A stretch of 64,000 nucleotides of DNA, from the NCBI RefSeq assembly GCF_021028975.2, contig NC_059428.1:107384001-107448000 (forward strand), written 5' to 3'. The DNA is from Sphaerodactylus townsendi. Lineage: Eukaryota. Shown piece after piece: positions 38,590 through 51,176 of this stretch; the stretch's first letter is position 1; each line of letters begins with the position of its first letter. The translations under genes and the position numbers were made by a program. The notes beneath the pieces are model-generated. The model had not been told where the DNA came from, searched no databases, and saw only the letters and a program-made list of their open reading frames with translations.

Positions 38590-38760
38590 GGTTTGTCAGA
38601 TCTAAATAGAGTCAGCCATGGTTAGTATTTGGATTGGCGACCATAAAGGAAGTCTTAAGGTTGCTATGCAGTGGCAGTCAATGGTAAACCACTTCTGAAT
38701 GTGACTGGCCTTGAAAACTCTGTGAGGAGCCGTATGTCGGCTGCAACTTGACGGCAAAAA
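38590..38760 (+). mobile_element. 5S-rRNA-headed SINE with Sauria/RTE-like tail
   Basis: tggttagtatttggattggcgacca (5S internal control region), then ggcagtcaatggtaaaccacttctg...ccttgaaaac...acttgacggca. Confidence 0.65.
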
Positions 38761-40484
38761 ATCCCTATCTCTTTGGTGGTGTTAGCTCTTGAGGTGCAGG
38801 GAATTTTCTCATAAAGTGCATTCAGACTTTCAGTCTTCTACTTATCTTTTCAAATAGGTCAGTCTCAGGAAGACTGTACCACTAGTTTTTTTTTGTGAAA
38901 ATCAGCTCCAAGACCCTTATTTTGAAAAAGTTAGTCTAGTCCGTGATAAAAAAGTATATGTTGCAGCTTAAATGTCAAGGAAGCACCTCTGACAGAACGA
39001 AGATGTCAGTACATTAAAAATAATCAAGCTGTGCTCTGTAAGCATGATTTCTCAAAATATATGGCCAAGGACAACATACGTGGTGAAATGGGAGCTAGTA
39101 ATCACTATGGTGAGGTAAGTTCCCAGACAAGGGAATGAGGATGGCAAAGTGTTTCACCATCCATCTGCCCCCCACCCATATGCTACAAGCAAGGCTAAGC
39201 TGGGAAACCGTTCCTGCCATTCCTTCCTGTATTTACTGTGCTTGATCCTGATCTGGCAAATGAGGCTGAAGAGCCCCTTTTGAACAAACAAAGATGGCTT
39301 TCCTCAAAGAGTCAATTTTCACACATTTATGTTTGTGCACTTTCATTTGTTTGTTCAAAGTGGAGTGCTCCCTACTTTTCTCACTTGTCTTGAATAAAAG
39401 GAACCACATCTTATATTATGTATGGCATTGCAGATGGTCTATTTAAAATATTCTAGAGAGGGTGCCATGGAGTAAGAGGGCTGAGGCAAGAAAATGTCAC
39501 TGCCTTTGGGGAATTTTTAGGGAATAATGCTTTTTATACTACTTGTAAATTGCTGGAAGATCCCTATGATGAGAGATATTTTTATGATGACATAAAGAGA
39601 TTCAGCTACACACAGGATTACATTGTTGGATATGAAGCTAGTAAACACAATATACAGGGAGTTCAATCCAGTGTTTAAGGCTCTTTTCAATTAAGAAACT
39701 CGGGAGCACTCAACTTTACACAAGGTGAAGCAGAACAACAGGTCTGTTGTGTTATAACATCAGTTCCTGCCTAAAGTGTTTTCACAATCAAACCGTACTA
39801 GCATTATTAGCTAGGGCAATCCTTTCTGTAGTACAGCCAGTTCCTTAGAGCATCTGCACAGATGACTGAATATCAAGGAGTATAAGGATGTAAGAATTTA
39901 TGATGTAAGAATTTACATAGCCAATATTGATTGCTATCTTTCTAGAAGAGTCCTTTCTTTCAGAAATAACAGCGGATTTCTGCTCTCAACTTCAGGAGGT
40001 TAAGCATATTAATCTGCAGTGCACAGACCATTAAAAATGATAAGAAAAACTCACAACAAAAGAATAGTGTCGTAGAATTATACTGTGACAGCAGTGTGTT
40101 CATGAGCCAAGGTGCCAAGATGACCATTGAATAAATGGCACTTGACCTCCCAAGAATAAACAATTACACTTTCACCCCCACATCAGTGTTGGGCAACTGA
40201 GAAAATCAATTTTTTGGTAATTCTAAATGAACTGGTGGTTTGTATCTCCATAAATAAACATTTAGTAAGGTCTCCAAAGTTACTCTTTTTTGCCAATGGT
40301 AGCTCACCATATGAGTGATGTGAATGGAGGCAAAAGCTTGACCCCATGGGATTCATGAAAATGTCCCCCCCCCCATCACCTGTGTAGGTGAATATTCACA
40401 GAAGGCCCTACAGTGAGCATGCACAAAATTCAGACTCTCTTGTGTATTACTGTTCTGCTGTGAATTGTTTGGGGGAGGAAAGGC

Positions 40485-40620
40485 AGGCTAGGCTGGAATG
40501 GGAGACCACCAAGGAAGGCTCTGCAGGGTAAGGCAGTCGCACACCACCTCTGTTTCTCTATTGCCTTGAAAGCCCCTTGCTGGGCTAGCCATAAGTTGGC
40601 TGCTACTTGATGGCACTTAC
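40485..40620 (+). mobile_element. 5S-rRNA-headed SINE, 5'-truncated
   Basis: atgggagaccaccaaggaag...ccacctctg...gccttgaaagcccc...ccataagt...acttgatggcac. Confidence 0.65.
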
Positions 40621-40750
40621 ATGCACAGATATGCTAGACTCTGAAGAAAACTCAAAAATGCCTTCCAAGCTCAAGGCTTTTTACAGCTTCTTACCACACA
40701 TATAATTATGATATAAACTCAGATGCTACACTCTAGTAGATCTGATGCAT

Positions 40751-40930
40751 CAGTGGTGGGATCCAAAAATTTTAATAACAGGTTCTGATGGTGGTTGGAT
40801 TCAAACAGTGGCGAAGCGCCAATGGGGCTATTGGGCAGGGAGGTTGCTTTAGTAACCCCCCCTCGGCACTCAGAAAAAAATAGTAACCACTTCTAGAGAA
40901 GTGGTGAGAACTGGTTCGATCCCACCTCTG
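40751..40930. mobile_element. hAT MITE (CAGTGGTGGGATC TIR)
   Basis: TIR CAGTGGTGGGATC / GATCCCACCTCTG and perfect 8-bp TSD TGATGCAT (40743-40750, 40931-40938). Confidence 0.88.
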
Positions 40931-42177
40931 TGATGCATGCATGCAAGTGTACACAGGAGCTTCTCCAGGGGAATGACCTGATCTATGCAATATCACTCCA
41001 TGTACATGCAGAGGACAGTTGCCTGTTTAGACAATAATGACAGGCCACAGTCCATATAAGGCATCTGCATTAGGACCGATCTTGACAAAATATCCTGTTA
41101 TCAATCAGGAATGGTGTATTTCCAGACCCCAGTGATCAACTACCATTTCACAAGGAGATTTAGTGCTCCTGAGGCAACTTCCCATATGACCATCCATCCC
41201 ATGCAGTTTCTGTCACTGAAATGTAACCAAATTGGCTTAGATCTGACCATAGGGAAAGGGCAACCACGCACCCTTTGTCACCTCGGGTTGTGACCATTCC
41301 ATTCTGAACTCTTCTTCCGGGTAACCAAAAGCCAACATGTTTCAACAACCAATCACGTCAGGTTCATCAAATCACAAGTGTTAAGAATATGAAGATTTGT
41401 TGTGATAGTCTCTGTTATCTTAAAGTACTGTTTTCACCATAACAATTCTGATACAATTCTGTCAATATATATTTAATGAAACTTGGGATTTAAAGATGGT
41501 AATACTGGAGATTTAAAGATGGTATATGACAGCTTTGGGGAACATCTGTCTGATTATGCACATACCAAATTCTTGTCAACAAATTACGCACAGCCATTTG
41601 GAAGTTACTGTGCCCCAGCATGTGCAGCACTGATTAGAGGTACATCATGCTTTTAAAGAATGAAAGAAAACATGTCACAAGAAGAGTTAACCATACTGTA
41701 CTAGGGGAGAATGGATGCAAGGGACCTCCAATAGCAGTTTCGCATTTGAAATATTTGGTAATATTAACAGTAGCATTTTCCTATTTGCGCTCTTTCTACA
41801 AAAAGAAACCGAGTTTCTAGTGTAACTATGGAAATATCTTTTGCAAATTGGTCTTTCGTTACTTCTGGAGTTACAGCTTGATCCAACTGCTGGATATTGA
41901 TACCGAAGTTGCAACAAAATAATATATTAAACTTTTATATTTGAATACAGTGTTTTCCCAAACATTGAAGCAATGTGCTTTACCACCATTTTCACAAATG
42001 TACGCATTTTTGAAAAGGAAATGTATGTAATTTTTTTTCTCTCTGAGGAAATAAAGGGCTGCCAAATCTCTGTGTATTTAACATGTGACTCTATGCAAAT
42101 AAAACAGGGAATCCCCCAAAATGTGTGCAATTTTTCCCCACTGTGCACTCAACATTCAGCCGCATTTCACCACTGAC

Positions 42178-42188
42178 AATAAAATAAA
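42178..42188 (+). terminator. Candidate distal polyadenylation signal of FGF14 (overlapping AATAAAATAAA)
   Basis: Two overlapping AATAAA hexamers at the end of an AU-rich, TGTA-containing block (41.7-42.2 kb), followed by ttttgttcc...tggttgtattt. Confidence 0.45.
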
Positions 42189-43180
42189 CATTTTGTTCCT
42201 GACGCTGACCTGGTTGTATTTGCTATAAGTGCACAGTTTCAATTTGTTACATTGGATTTTTAATGACTGATTGTACACAGCTGCACACAATTACTGAACA
42301 AATGAACTGACCTCTCTTCTTGGGTTGACCTCATTTCAAACTACTTCTTTTTTTAAGATCCGTTATATGTGAAGGGCAATGGCATAACCTGAGCTAAAAC
42401 AACTAATGTCCTTGGCCTCTATGATGTACCTTAAAAAATATCCATATGCTTCTTCAGAGCCTTTGCCTTTCAGAGCCAGAGGTGGGCCTTCTTATCGTAA
42501 CATGATTTAGTAATAATCTATTTGTAAGGGAATGATTGAATACTGAGTATGCCAGGACTGGAGAACTTGCAACCAGCCAAGCCAAACACAGCCCACCTGT
42601 CATTTATGGCAGTAGATCAGGCTCTGAATAAGCTTGTTTTTGCTCCGTGCCTGGAACTGCTTAAACAGAAGAGTTGTTAAGCCCCTGGCAGGCCGCAATG
42701 TACAGCTGGTGCACTGTGTTTTCCTTGGATGGTCACAAGTTGTTCAAGCCAACCAACAGTCAAGTCAGAGCTGGATCACATGATCAGCAGAGCTAAGGGT
42801 TACCCATCCCATCTCTGCATAAACATGCCTGCTGAGCTTGTCATATGCATATGATCACCCTTTCAAATCAAGCAGCCATGTGATGGCTACGGTTACTGTG
42901 AAGTGTAAGATTGTGGTAGGAGAGTTTCAAGGTCCAAGGCTTCGGGAGTTGTCAAATCACCAGTACAGGAGAGGAGAGTACCGGTTATGGAAAGATCAAA
43001 GGGAAATCTCAGTAGTTCTGCCTAGGGCCCTTATCATAGCTCTAGATGCCATGGTACAGACCAAATTTTATTGGGTTGAGAGATTTGACATTCTCAAGAA
43101 ATTGTGGAGCTTCTGGAAGGACTTGTAGTATGTAGGCTTTAAGGCAAATAAGGTGAGTTTAGATTATTGTACATGGCTTT

Positions 43181-43462
43181 GAAGAAGAAGTGTTGGATTT
43201 GTATCCCCCCCTTTCTCTCCTGTAAGGAGACACAAAGGGGCTTACAAACTCCTTTCCCTTCCCCCCTCACAGCAAACACCCTGTGAGGTAGGTGGTGCTG
43301 AGAGCTCCAAAGAACTGTGAGTAGCCCAAGGTCACCCAGCTGGTGTGTATTGGAAGTGCACAGGCTAATCTGAATTCCCCAGACAAGCCTCCACAGCTCA
43401 GGGAATCAAACCCAGTTCCTCCAGATTAGAGTACACCTGCTCTTAACCACTACACCACTGCT
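43181..43462 (-). mobile_element. Squam3-like SINE (second subfamily)
   Basis: (GAA)3 tail, tagcccaaggtcacccagc core, tRNA head ending cttaaccactacaccactgct. Confidence 0.8.
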
Positions 43463-43900
43463 ATTTTGGTAGTAATTTACCCAACAGTGTGGAGCTAGAT
43501 AGATTTATTGTATTGCTATGTGCCATACTTTTTCTGTTTAAAAAGTGCCAGTATTTATATTTTGTATCTATTTCCTCCAGTTTCTCCCATCAGGATTTTG
43601 TAGAGTCCCCCCAAAGGTGCTTTAAAGTGTTAGTACTCAATGGTGGATTTCGAACAGATAAATAAATGAGGACGTTATAAAAGGCATTTTGAGGAAGACC
43701 CTCAGACAGGTCTCTTCCCCAAAACAATTTCAGCTTGTTTTATTCCTCTCAATCCAGGTTTTTTAAAAAATCGCTAAACTAGTGATCTTTTCTCCCCAAC
43801 TTGGTTTGAAACTGTTTCCTGTCTGCTGAGCAAACACAAGCAGACTGGAAACACTTTACTTTTCCCACCCAAACTTCTTACTTTCTTTTCCGCCACTTGT

Positions 43901-44316
43901 GCTCGCCATTTTGTGTGCTGCAGCAGATTCTCTGTGAGGGTTCCCCATGGAGGTTTCCTCTGCTTGCAGTTCATCAGTGTGTAATTTCACTGTAAAAAGT
44001 AGATGAATAAAGTTGTTTTGCCTAGCACACTTGTTTTTCCTTTTTGTGTGTGTGTTTTCAGGGGGATGTCTGTGAAGCAACAGAAACACAAATACGTGTA
44101 TGTTGCAGCTTCTGTAGTCATGTCCCTGTAGTTTCACAGACATCCCCCTTAAAACAAACAAAAAGGAAGAATGACATATGTGAAGGATTGCTAGGCAAAG
44201 CGCACTTAATTCGTCTACTTTTTACAGTGAAATTACATGCAGATGAGCAGTAAGCAGAGGAAATCTCCATGGGGAATCCTCACGGAGAATCTGCTGCAGC
44301 ACACAAAATGGCGGGC
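43901..44316. repeat. ~415-bp imperfect palindrome, probably the core of a MITE spanning ~43641-44531
   Basis: cgccattttgtgtgctgcagcagattctc...gagaatctgctgcagcacacaaaatggcg. Outer candidate TIRs ggtggattt / aatccacc. Confidence 0.8.
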
Positions 44317-46731
44317 GTAACTGTGAAACTGACAAGAGCTCTGTGCAGCAGTTGGGGGATAAGATCCATTTTGTGTTCTCCCACATTGTGGGAACACAAA
44401 ATGCCCAAACAGATGTTTTATAATGTCCTAAAGATGTTATATTGATGCTGTGCAAAATGCACCAATACCAGTGAGCATCACCATTAAAAAAAGTCTTGGT
44501 TATGTGAGACACATGCTGAATGAATCCACCCTACAAAAAATACTGTACACTTGCGTTCCTTCTCACAGATACTACTCAAAAGCTCACTTCATCTGAGGTA
44601 TGGTCAAGAATTTTGGGTTGAGGCCATGTTGGAAGTCATTATTTTTTGGAGACTCTCCAAACATTTTTGAAAAGGCCTCTGAAATATTTTCTGATAGGTA
44701 CAAATGCAAAACTCTGAAACCGTCCAAAAGCATGAACTTACAGAATGTACGATTTAAATGAGCAAGTGAACAATTGCATAATGTACTGGACAATGATCCA
44801 ACAGTGCATTAGCAGGCAAATTGGTGTTACTTTGCTTTGTCTGAGCATCTATACTCTTTCTACCATTTCACCTTGAGGACTTCTACCCTATTAAAGGGCA
44901 TTTTGAACAGCTCAGATTTGTGCCAGTTATAGCTTCAGCCCATGCATTTGCTCCCTGCTGGTGGCACACAGTGGATTGACTGATTGCATTGATTGATCAG
45001 TAGGAAGCTGATGAGAGTGGAGGTCCACTAGAAAGCTGAATTGGATAGCCTTTCAGATTTTTTTCAGCTCCTCACTCCTATTTGTCCATGAAATAGTCAC
45101 CATCTAAAGGTTACTTTGGAATGCCCTTAAAGGTAAAATGCTTCATGTGGCAACTCTTTTGTGCGTAGATCAGACACCTTTTCCTTTCCAGGTCTGCTGG
45201 TATTGTGAAACACAAATGGATATCTATGCTTATCAGGCATCCAGAGATCTGCTCATCTCTAAGACCCCTTGTACCTCGCTGCCCTCTGCTTTCTGCTAGC
45301 CATGGTGACCAAAGGAAACTCCATATTCAGAGAAAATACCAGCAGAAAGCCCTATTTGCTACAGCAGTTGGCCTTCCATGGGAACCTGACTGTCCACTGT
45401 GTGAAATAGGATGCTGGACTAAATGGGCCACTGGTCTGATGCAACAAGCCTCTTCTCATGTTCTTATACTTTAAAAATGTTTCTGGACTGCCAAGGGAAG
45501 CAGACTATTCCGGCAGGAACACCCCTATCTCACCTTGTGATGACTTATATAGCACAAGCAAAATAACACAAAGTCATGTGCAAGCTTTGAAGTTCTCAAG
45601 AAAATAGAAGCAGAAAAGATGTTTCAGGCTCTGGTCCTAAGGCCCACGTAGATATGCAGATTTAAAATGGTGTCAGCAATCCTCACGGAGGTCTTCTTAC
45701 AAGACGGGCCTGAAACATCTTCTCTTCCACTCCATTTTAACTTCTATAATACTTTGTGTTTTTATGGTTGTTCCTGACAACGTATTACCTGGCTTTTGTG
45801 TTTGGACTTGCTTCGGACTGCTGTGGTTACATCAAACTCCACTCCTATCTTATGTAAGGCTGCACCAAGCATTCTTTGATTGTGACACTCAACTCAAAAG
45901 AAGAATATTTGATGCTGCCCAAGAGAATGAAAAAACTGCACATCTCACCAAACTTGTCTCATTGCTGGGTTTCATTTCCTCAACTTCAGCTGCTGTTTCT
46001 CAACACCATTCCTTCTCTTGCTTTGACCACTCACAGTGCACCCTGCCATGTAGCCCATAGGACTGTAGCAACCAGTGTGGTATCAATAAGCATTCTTGCT
46101 GTTATAGTGTGAGGCGTCACTTCATGATGTACTTGGAAAATCACAAAGCCCACCCCAATCAACAGGATTAAAAAGCAGTGAGGGCAAATGAGAGTAAAGA
46201 AAGATGAAAGTACCCAGCACTGAAACCCCATGAATGTGTTTGCAACAGGTGCCAAAATCTGTAATTTTTTTTTAAAAAGAACAAGATACAGGCTAAGTAA
46301 TTTTAAGCAACTCCCATGGGCAGATGCATCCACTTTGTGCAACAAGTGACTCCTTTGTATATCCTTCTTCCTACTTCTGTGGCCACCTTGAGGTTCATAG
46401 ATTAACAGTGCAACCCTAAATAGAGTTACACCCTTCTAAATTAATTGAAGGGGATAACTCTACTTAGAACTGCAACTGCAAGTCTTGGTGGGCACAGAAA
46501 CAATTTACTACAGTCTATGTATATCGATCATGCTGAAATGAGTTACATGCTTTACATTCCTTGTTGAATCCAAAATCTTTTACACTTCGCTAAAGTAGCT
46601 TACTCTTTTCATACAAATACAGTTGTTGCTATATAATGAAGCTGAAATTTAATAACCAAGTACATTATTCAATGCATCTTTTCTGTGCAATTTCCAGCAA
46701 AGGCTATGCATGCCACTATTATATGATATAC

Positions 46732-46737
46732 TTTATT
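46732..46737 (-). terminator. Candidate ITGBL1 polyadenylation signal
   Basis: First AATAAA I found on the minus strand downstream of the ITGBL1 stop, about 255 nt away. Confidence 0.4.
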
Positions 46738-46990
46738 CTGGATGGTACTTGGTGGTTCCTGTCTGACTCTCACTAACTGTTCTGAGAACAGAATAAGAAC
46801 ATCAGAGAGGTGCATTGGATTTTTTTAAAAAAATACTTTCATGTATTGCTTATTTCCAGTGGTGGGTTTTGTTTGGTTTCATTCAAATTTGTCTTTCATT
46901 TACATATTGTAGCAGCCTCTCTAGCATTTTTTTAAAAAAAGAACTCAACCAAACCAGAAATCTTTTGGACTTCCATCTTCCATGGATCTG

Positions 46991-47082
46991 TTAGGGGTAC
47001 TCTGTCCCAAGCCAGATTTCACACGCATTTCCTGTCCAGCCTTCCCAGCACTCACAGTTTCCACAGCTACATATACCATTTC
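46991..47082 (-). CDS. ITGBL1: ITGBL1 terminal coding exon (92 nt, TAA stop at 46991-46993)
   Basis: Minus strand ttgttccag|[30 protein letters not shown], matching the ITGBL1 C-terminus (human ends CEIWLGSEYP). Confidence 0.96.
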
Positions 47083-47490
47083 CTGGAACAAAACAACACA
47101 AGCTTTACTTATCCATAACTTTAAAAAGCGTTGCTCTGTGAAAAATAACAAACTGCAATGAACTAGATGTCATTGTCCATGGATATTTTTCTCTTTCTAA
47201 ACCAGGCTTGCTTTACTTTTCATTATGAAGTGACCGCAAACCTACATTTTCCTATAGGTAGCTAATTTTGCTTTTAGATGTTTATTTAATTTTTTTTTAA
47301 AAAAAATAAACTGTCCAAATCTAGGGCCTCTGTGTTGGTTCAATGTTGCACTGGAATGGAAAACAGGGTCCCTCTAACCCTTTGAATTGGGCTGTTGATG
47401 CTAAACCCTTCTGGCAAGAGGCTCCAGAGCAAGCCAGTAGAATACTTCGGCTGCGTAGGGTAGGATCATGGGAGGAAAGGTGATATTCTA

Positions 47491-47658
47491 CAGCCCGATT
47501 TCATCAGATCTCAGAAACTAAGTCTGGCCAGTACTTGGATAGGAAATCACCAAGGAGGGCTCTGCAGAGGAAGGCACTGGAAAACCACCTCTGCCTTTCA
47601 CTTGTCTTGAAGGCCGCTTGATGAGATCACCATAGGTCAGTTGCAGTGATGGCACTTA
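47491..47658 (+). mobile_element. 5S-rRNA-headed SINE
   Basis: gcccgatttcatcagatctcagaaactaag...agtacttggatagga resembles 5S rRNA nt ~27-90, followed by a Sauria-like tail. Confidence 0.7.
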
Positions 47659-47959
47659 TGTATATAGGCAGGAAGCCACAAATTCAGATCTGTGAACAAA
47701 GGGCTTGTGTCTCATGCTCCTGATTGCTTTCTTTACTCTGTCCCCAAGTCCAAATCTCCTTACAGCCAAGAATAACCAGTTACCTAAGTTTCCTGCCTTT
47801 TCACAGGGTATCTTGTAACATGTCATGTGCCCTAGAAGGCATAGACATTGCTAACAGTTTTAACATATTTAACATTTAAAATCCTGCCATCTCTTTGTTC
47901 AAAGTGGCAAATGATACAGCAACCAACTTATAAGAGGAAGATAATAGGCTCCTTGCCTT

Positions 47960-48114
47960 GTGGGAAGTGTCATCAAGACACAGCTGACTTATGACAACTC
48001 TGTAGAATTTTCAAGGCAAGAGACATTCAGAAGTCGTTGCCATTGCCTGCCTCCACATAGCGGGTCTAGGCTTCCTTGATGGTCTCCCATCAAATTACTA
48101 ACCAGGGCCAACCC
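47960..48114 (-). mobile_element. 5S-rRNA-headed SINE
   Basis: ggtctcccatcaaattactaaccagggcc is the reverse complement of the 5S internal control region; tail ttttcaaggcaaga...gccattgcc. Confidence 0.65.
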
Positions 48115-49175
48115 CAAGGGTTTACAAAACAGTGCCTGGAGTTAATCTTGGGGACCCTGCCCCACATCTCCATGTGTATATTGGGAGTGGGGCATGCCAG
48201 CTTGTCTGCCCCCAATCTCCACATGAATATCAGGAGTGGGGCATACCAGTTTACTCACCCCCAATCAACATGTGGAGATAGTGGGGCCAGCTGGCTCACC
48301 CACCTCCAATTTTCCTGCGGAGCTCAGGGATGGCCAGGCCTGTTTGATACTGACCTCAGCTCACCGAGGTCCAGCTTCCAGCCTGCAATTTAAAGCTGGA
48401 TCCAAGCCTCTCTGAGGCCAGGATCAGATTGATCACCAAGGGCTGACCAGCTCTAGCTTTATACAGTTGCCTCCACCCACAAACCCCACCTCCAGTCAGG
48501 TGGAGCTTGGGGGCAGAGCCATCAGTAATAGCTAGATTTGGCCAGTCCCTGGGGCTCAGTCAGATTCTTATAAGTGTTCTTTTTGCTGTGTTATCACATT
48601 TTCAAATTCTGTTTATTGCACCTTATTACACCTCTGGCTGTGTGAATGTTCTTTTTAACTCTTGAAACCAGTTGAAAGTGTAATAACCATGGTATATTTT
48701 TGCCATTATCCTACAACTTTACCAAGATTTAATGTCTTCCTGAGGATTTAATGTCATCCCCTTTGGGGATGAGGCGGCCTATAAATCCAACCAATAAATA
48801 AATAAATAAATTTATCATATTTCCATATGCTACAAAATCATTGTTCTTTCTCATATTTTTATTGTAATATGCTTCCATGGGGGATGCTAGCAGAAGTCTT
48901 TTTTTGGAAAAATTCCAAATTTTCAAGAGTCTACCATTTACTTCTCAATGTGTAGACTAGCTCTGAGATGGAGGAGTTTACTTTTGACTGTACTGATGTT
49001 AGTAGTAACTCACAACTTGGGCTGGCTTGCTTTGAGAACCTTTGGCCTGGTTCTCAGAAACAGCTATAGCTGAAATGTGGCATACACAAACTATAATAAA
49101 AGCACCAGAAGGTAAAACTATTTCTGGACTACAATCTTCCAGAATGCAGACTGTGGCAGATTGTATCCCCATACC

Positions 49176-49176
<1 letters not shown>

Positions 49177-49214
<38 letters not shown>
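49177..49214. repeat. (AC)n microsatellite
   Basis: Directly visible. Confidence 0.95.
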
Positions 49215-49216
<2 letters not shown>

Positions 49217-50190
49217 CATACCAGTAGGGCTGTTCCAAGGAGAGTTACACTTTTCTAAATCCATTGAAATCATGGTTAACATCAGGGAAAAAAGCTCTTT
49301 GTATTGTATTCTTTGTGTCATACTATTTTTTTTAATGCATCAGGAATTCTTTTTGGACAGAACCATTTGTCCATGACAGTATTCCCCTGAAGGGCCTCTA
49401 CCTGCACTCAAGAAGGAGTTTTACCCCCACAACATCATAGATTTGATAGGATAGCAGGGAGTACATTTAGGTGGTCTAAAGGCCTAGAAGAAGAAAAGTC
49501 AAATCCTGTCTCAGTCATGATGGAGGTCAGCCTCTGTTTTCCCTTCCAAAACCAGCAGTAAATATGACCTTCCCCTTAGTGGATTATTTTAGAGATTTGG
49601 ATTATACAGCACAGTAGACATGCTGCTAGCATGGAAACTTATTGGGGGTGTGGAAGCAGCAAACAGAGGTTGCCTATGTCAAGTTAGATTTTCCAAAGCA
49701 ATGGCAAACTTTGTGCAGCTCAACATTCTGCAAAATCATGTCTGTTTCAAGGTCAAGACTTGAAATTGCCAGAGAGTGCACTTCAAATCATATATCTCCC
49801 TAGCAAGCAACAAGAGCTATTGTGTCACTGGGCATCCTTCTCCCATCCTGTTTGTGATAGCTACCATTTTCTATTTAGCACTTGTGTCAGTATGTCTTGC
49901 CCACGGTCTTTAAATGCCCACTGATCTTTAATTGCCCACTGTCATGTCACAAGGGAAACTGTCATGGGTCTTGACATCACCTTAGAAAGCATGCAGTTTG
50001 CTAGATGGATGGCTGTTGTCTAAAGTGGGTTAGTGCCATAACGCATTCACCCATTCCTGTTATTGTATTCTCTGTGGTCTGTGTTCCAAAGTTGCTGAAT
50101 GTATCCTCCAGGGAAGCTGCAGAGCTTCCTATAAGGCAACAAAGCAGATTTCTTTCCGAGTATGAAAGCTGTGCCAACCCTGATCTATCA

Positions 50191-51176
50191 TGGGTCATTT
50201 CTGCATGGTCCAAATATCCTGGGTTGAGCAAGGGAAATATCCTGGTTTGGTCAAGACATTTGCACTGTTCCCAGTCCTAAAGTGGGTTTGCCCCACAATA
50301 TTTCCCTCATCCCGGGATTTTCAAAAATGGCCAATTTGGTGATTCTTTTTAAAAATCCTGTGTTGAACCTTCTACCGTGCAAACACCATGGGAGCAGAAC
50401 CAGTTTATTTTTTCCGCCCAGCAGCCTGATCTCCCTGTCTCACTGACCTCCCCCCTGATCTGTGGACCTGATGTCATGTCAGTTTTCAACTCAGCTGAGC
50501 CACTAACCGCTGCAGCCCCCCTTCCCAAAATGTTCCCCCCAACATTTTTTCTGCTCATGGTATCAACCAGGTGCCATTTTGCCTGGGTGAATCAAGAGTG
50601 GAGTCCCAAAAACATTCCCGTTTTCTTTTCTGTACATGTACTGTTGCTTGGAGTGCATAGCTAGGAAGATGTGCAATTTTGGCTGGATGTTAGTGGGCAT
50701 ATCATGGAAGGGGGGGGAGCCTCTCGTTTTCCTCAAAAATATGAAATCATGAGTGGGAATGTGATGCTATGCCCCATTGTTTTTTTCTGCCACTTGCTGT
50801 GTTGAGGCCTGGGCTAGGCCCTATCCATAACTGGGAAAAGGGGGGCTTCATTTTCCCCTGCTCGCTGTGGATAGACCAATCAGTGCAGCCTTTTTGTGGG
50901 CCAGCAATTCAAAAAGTCAGGAGGAGATGTCAATTCAAGCTGCTACCCCAAAACATCAGCCTATCAGAATGCAGGACACTGGGGATGTTTGCGCATGCAA
51001 AGATACATTTGCAGTGTAAATACAAAAGACCTGGGCTCGTGCGAAACAAACGGGAGTATTTCCTCCCGGTCTTCACTCAATTCCTTCACAGAAACAGGAG
51101 AAACTGGGATAAAATAGACCCTGATTGTAAAATACCAATTGTAACCCAGTATAATTGTGCCATGCAGAAACAGCCA
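50191..51176. mobile_element. Harbinger-like MITE (~1 kb)
   Basis: Inverted ends tgggtcatttctgcatgg...ccatgcagaaacagcca. Confidence 0.5.

Larger units (their letters stand above)
33041..42200 (+). other. FGF14: Putative long FGF14 3' UTR (extent uncertain; candidate ends near 36.4 kb and 42.2 kb)
   Basis: Follows the stop codon. No recognisable TE from 33.0 to 37.4 kb, and AU/U-rich. AATAAA at 36372-36377 and overlapping AATAAA at 42178-42188 followed by a U/GU-rich tract. Confidence 0.5.

Noticed and set aside
43181-43190. GAA runs suggestive of the human FGF14 SCA27B GAA repeat
   Set aside because: Only about 3 units, and they are SINE tails (also at 25106). The human repeat is in intron 1, far outside this window.
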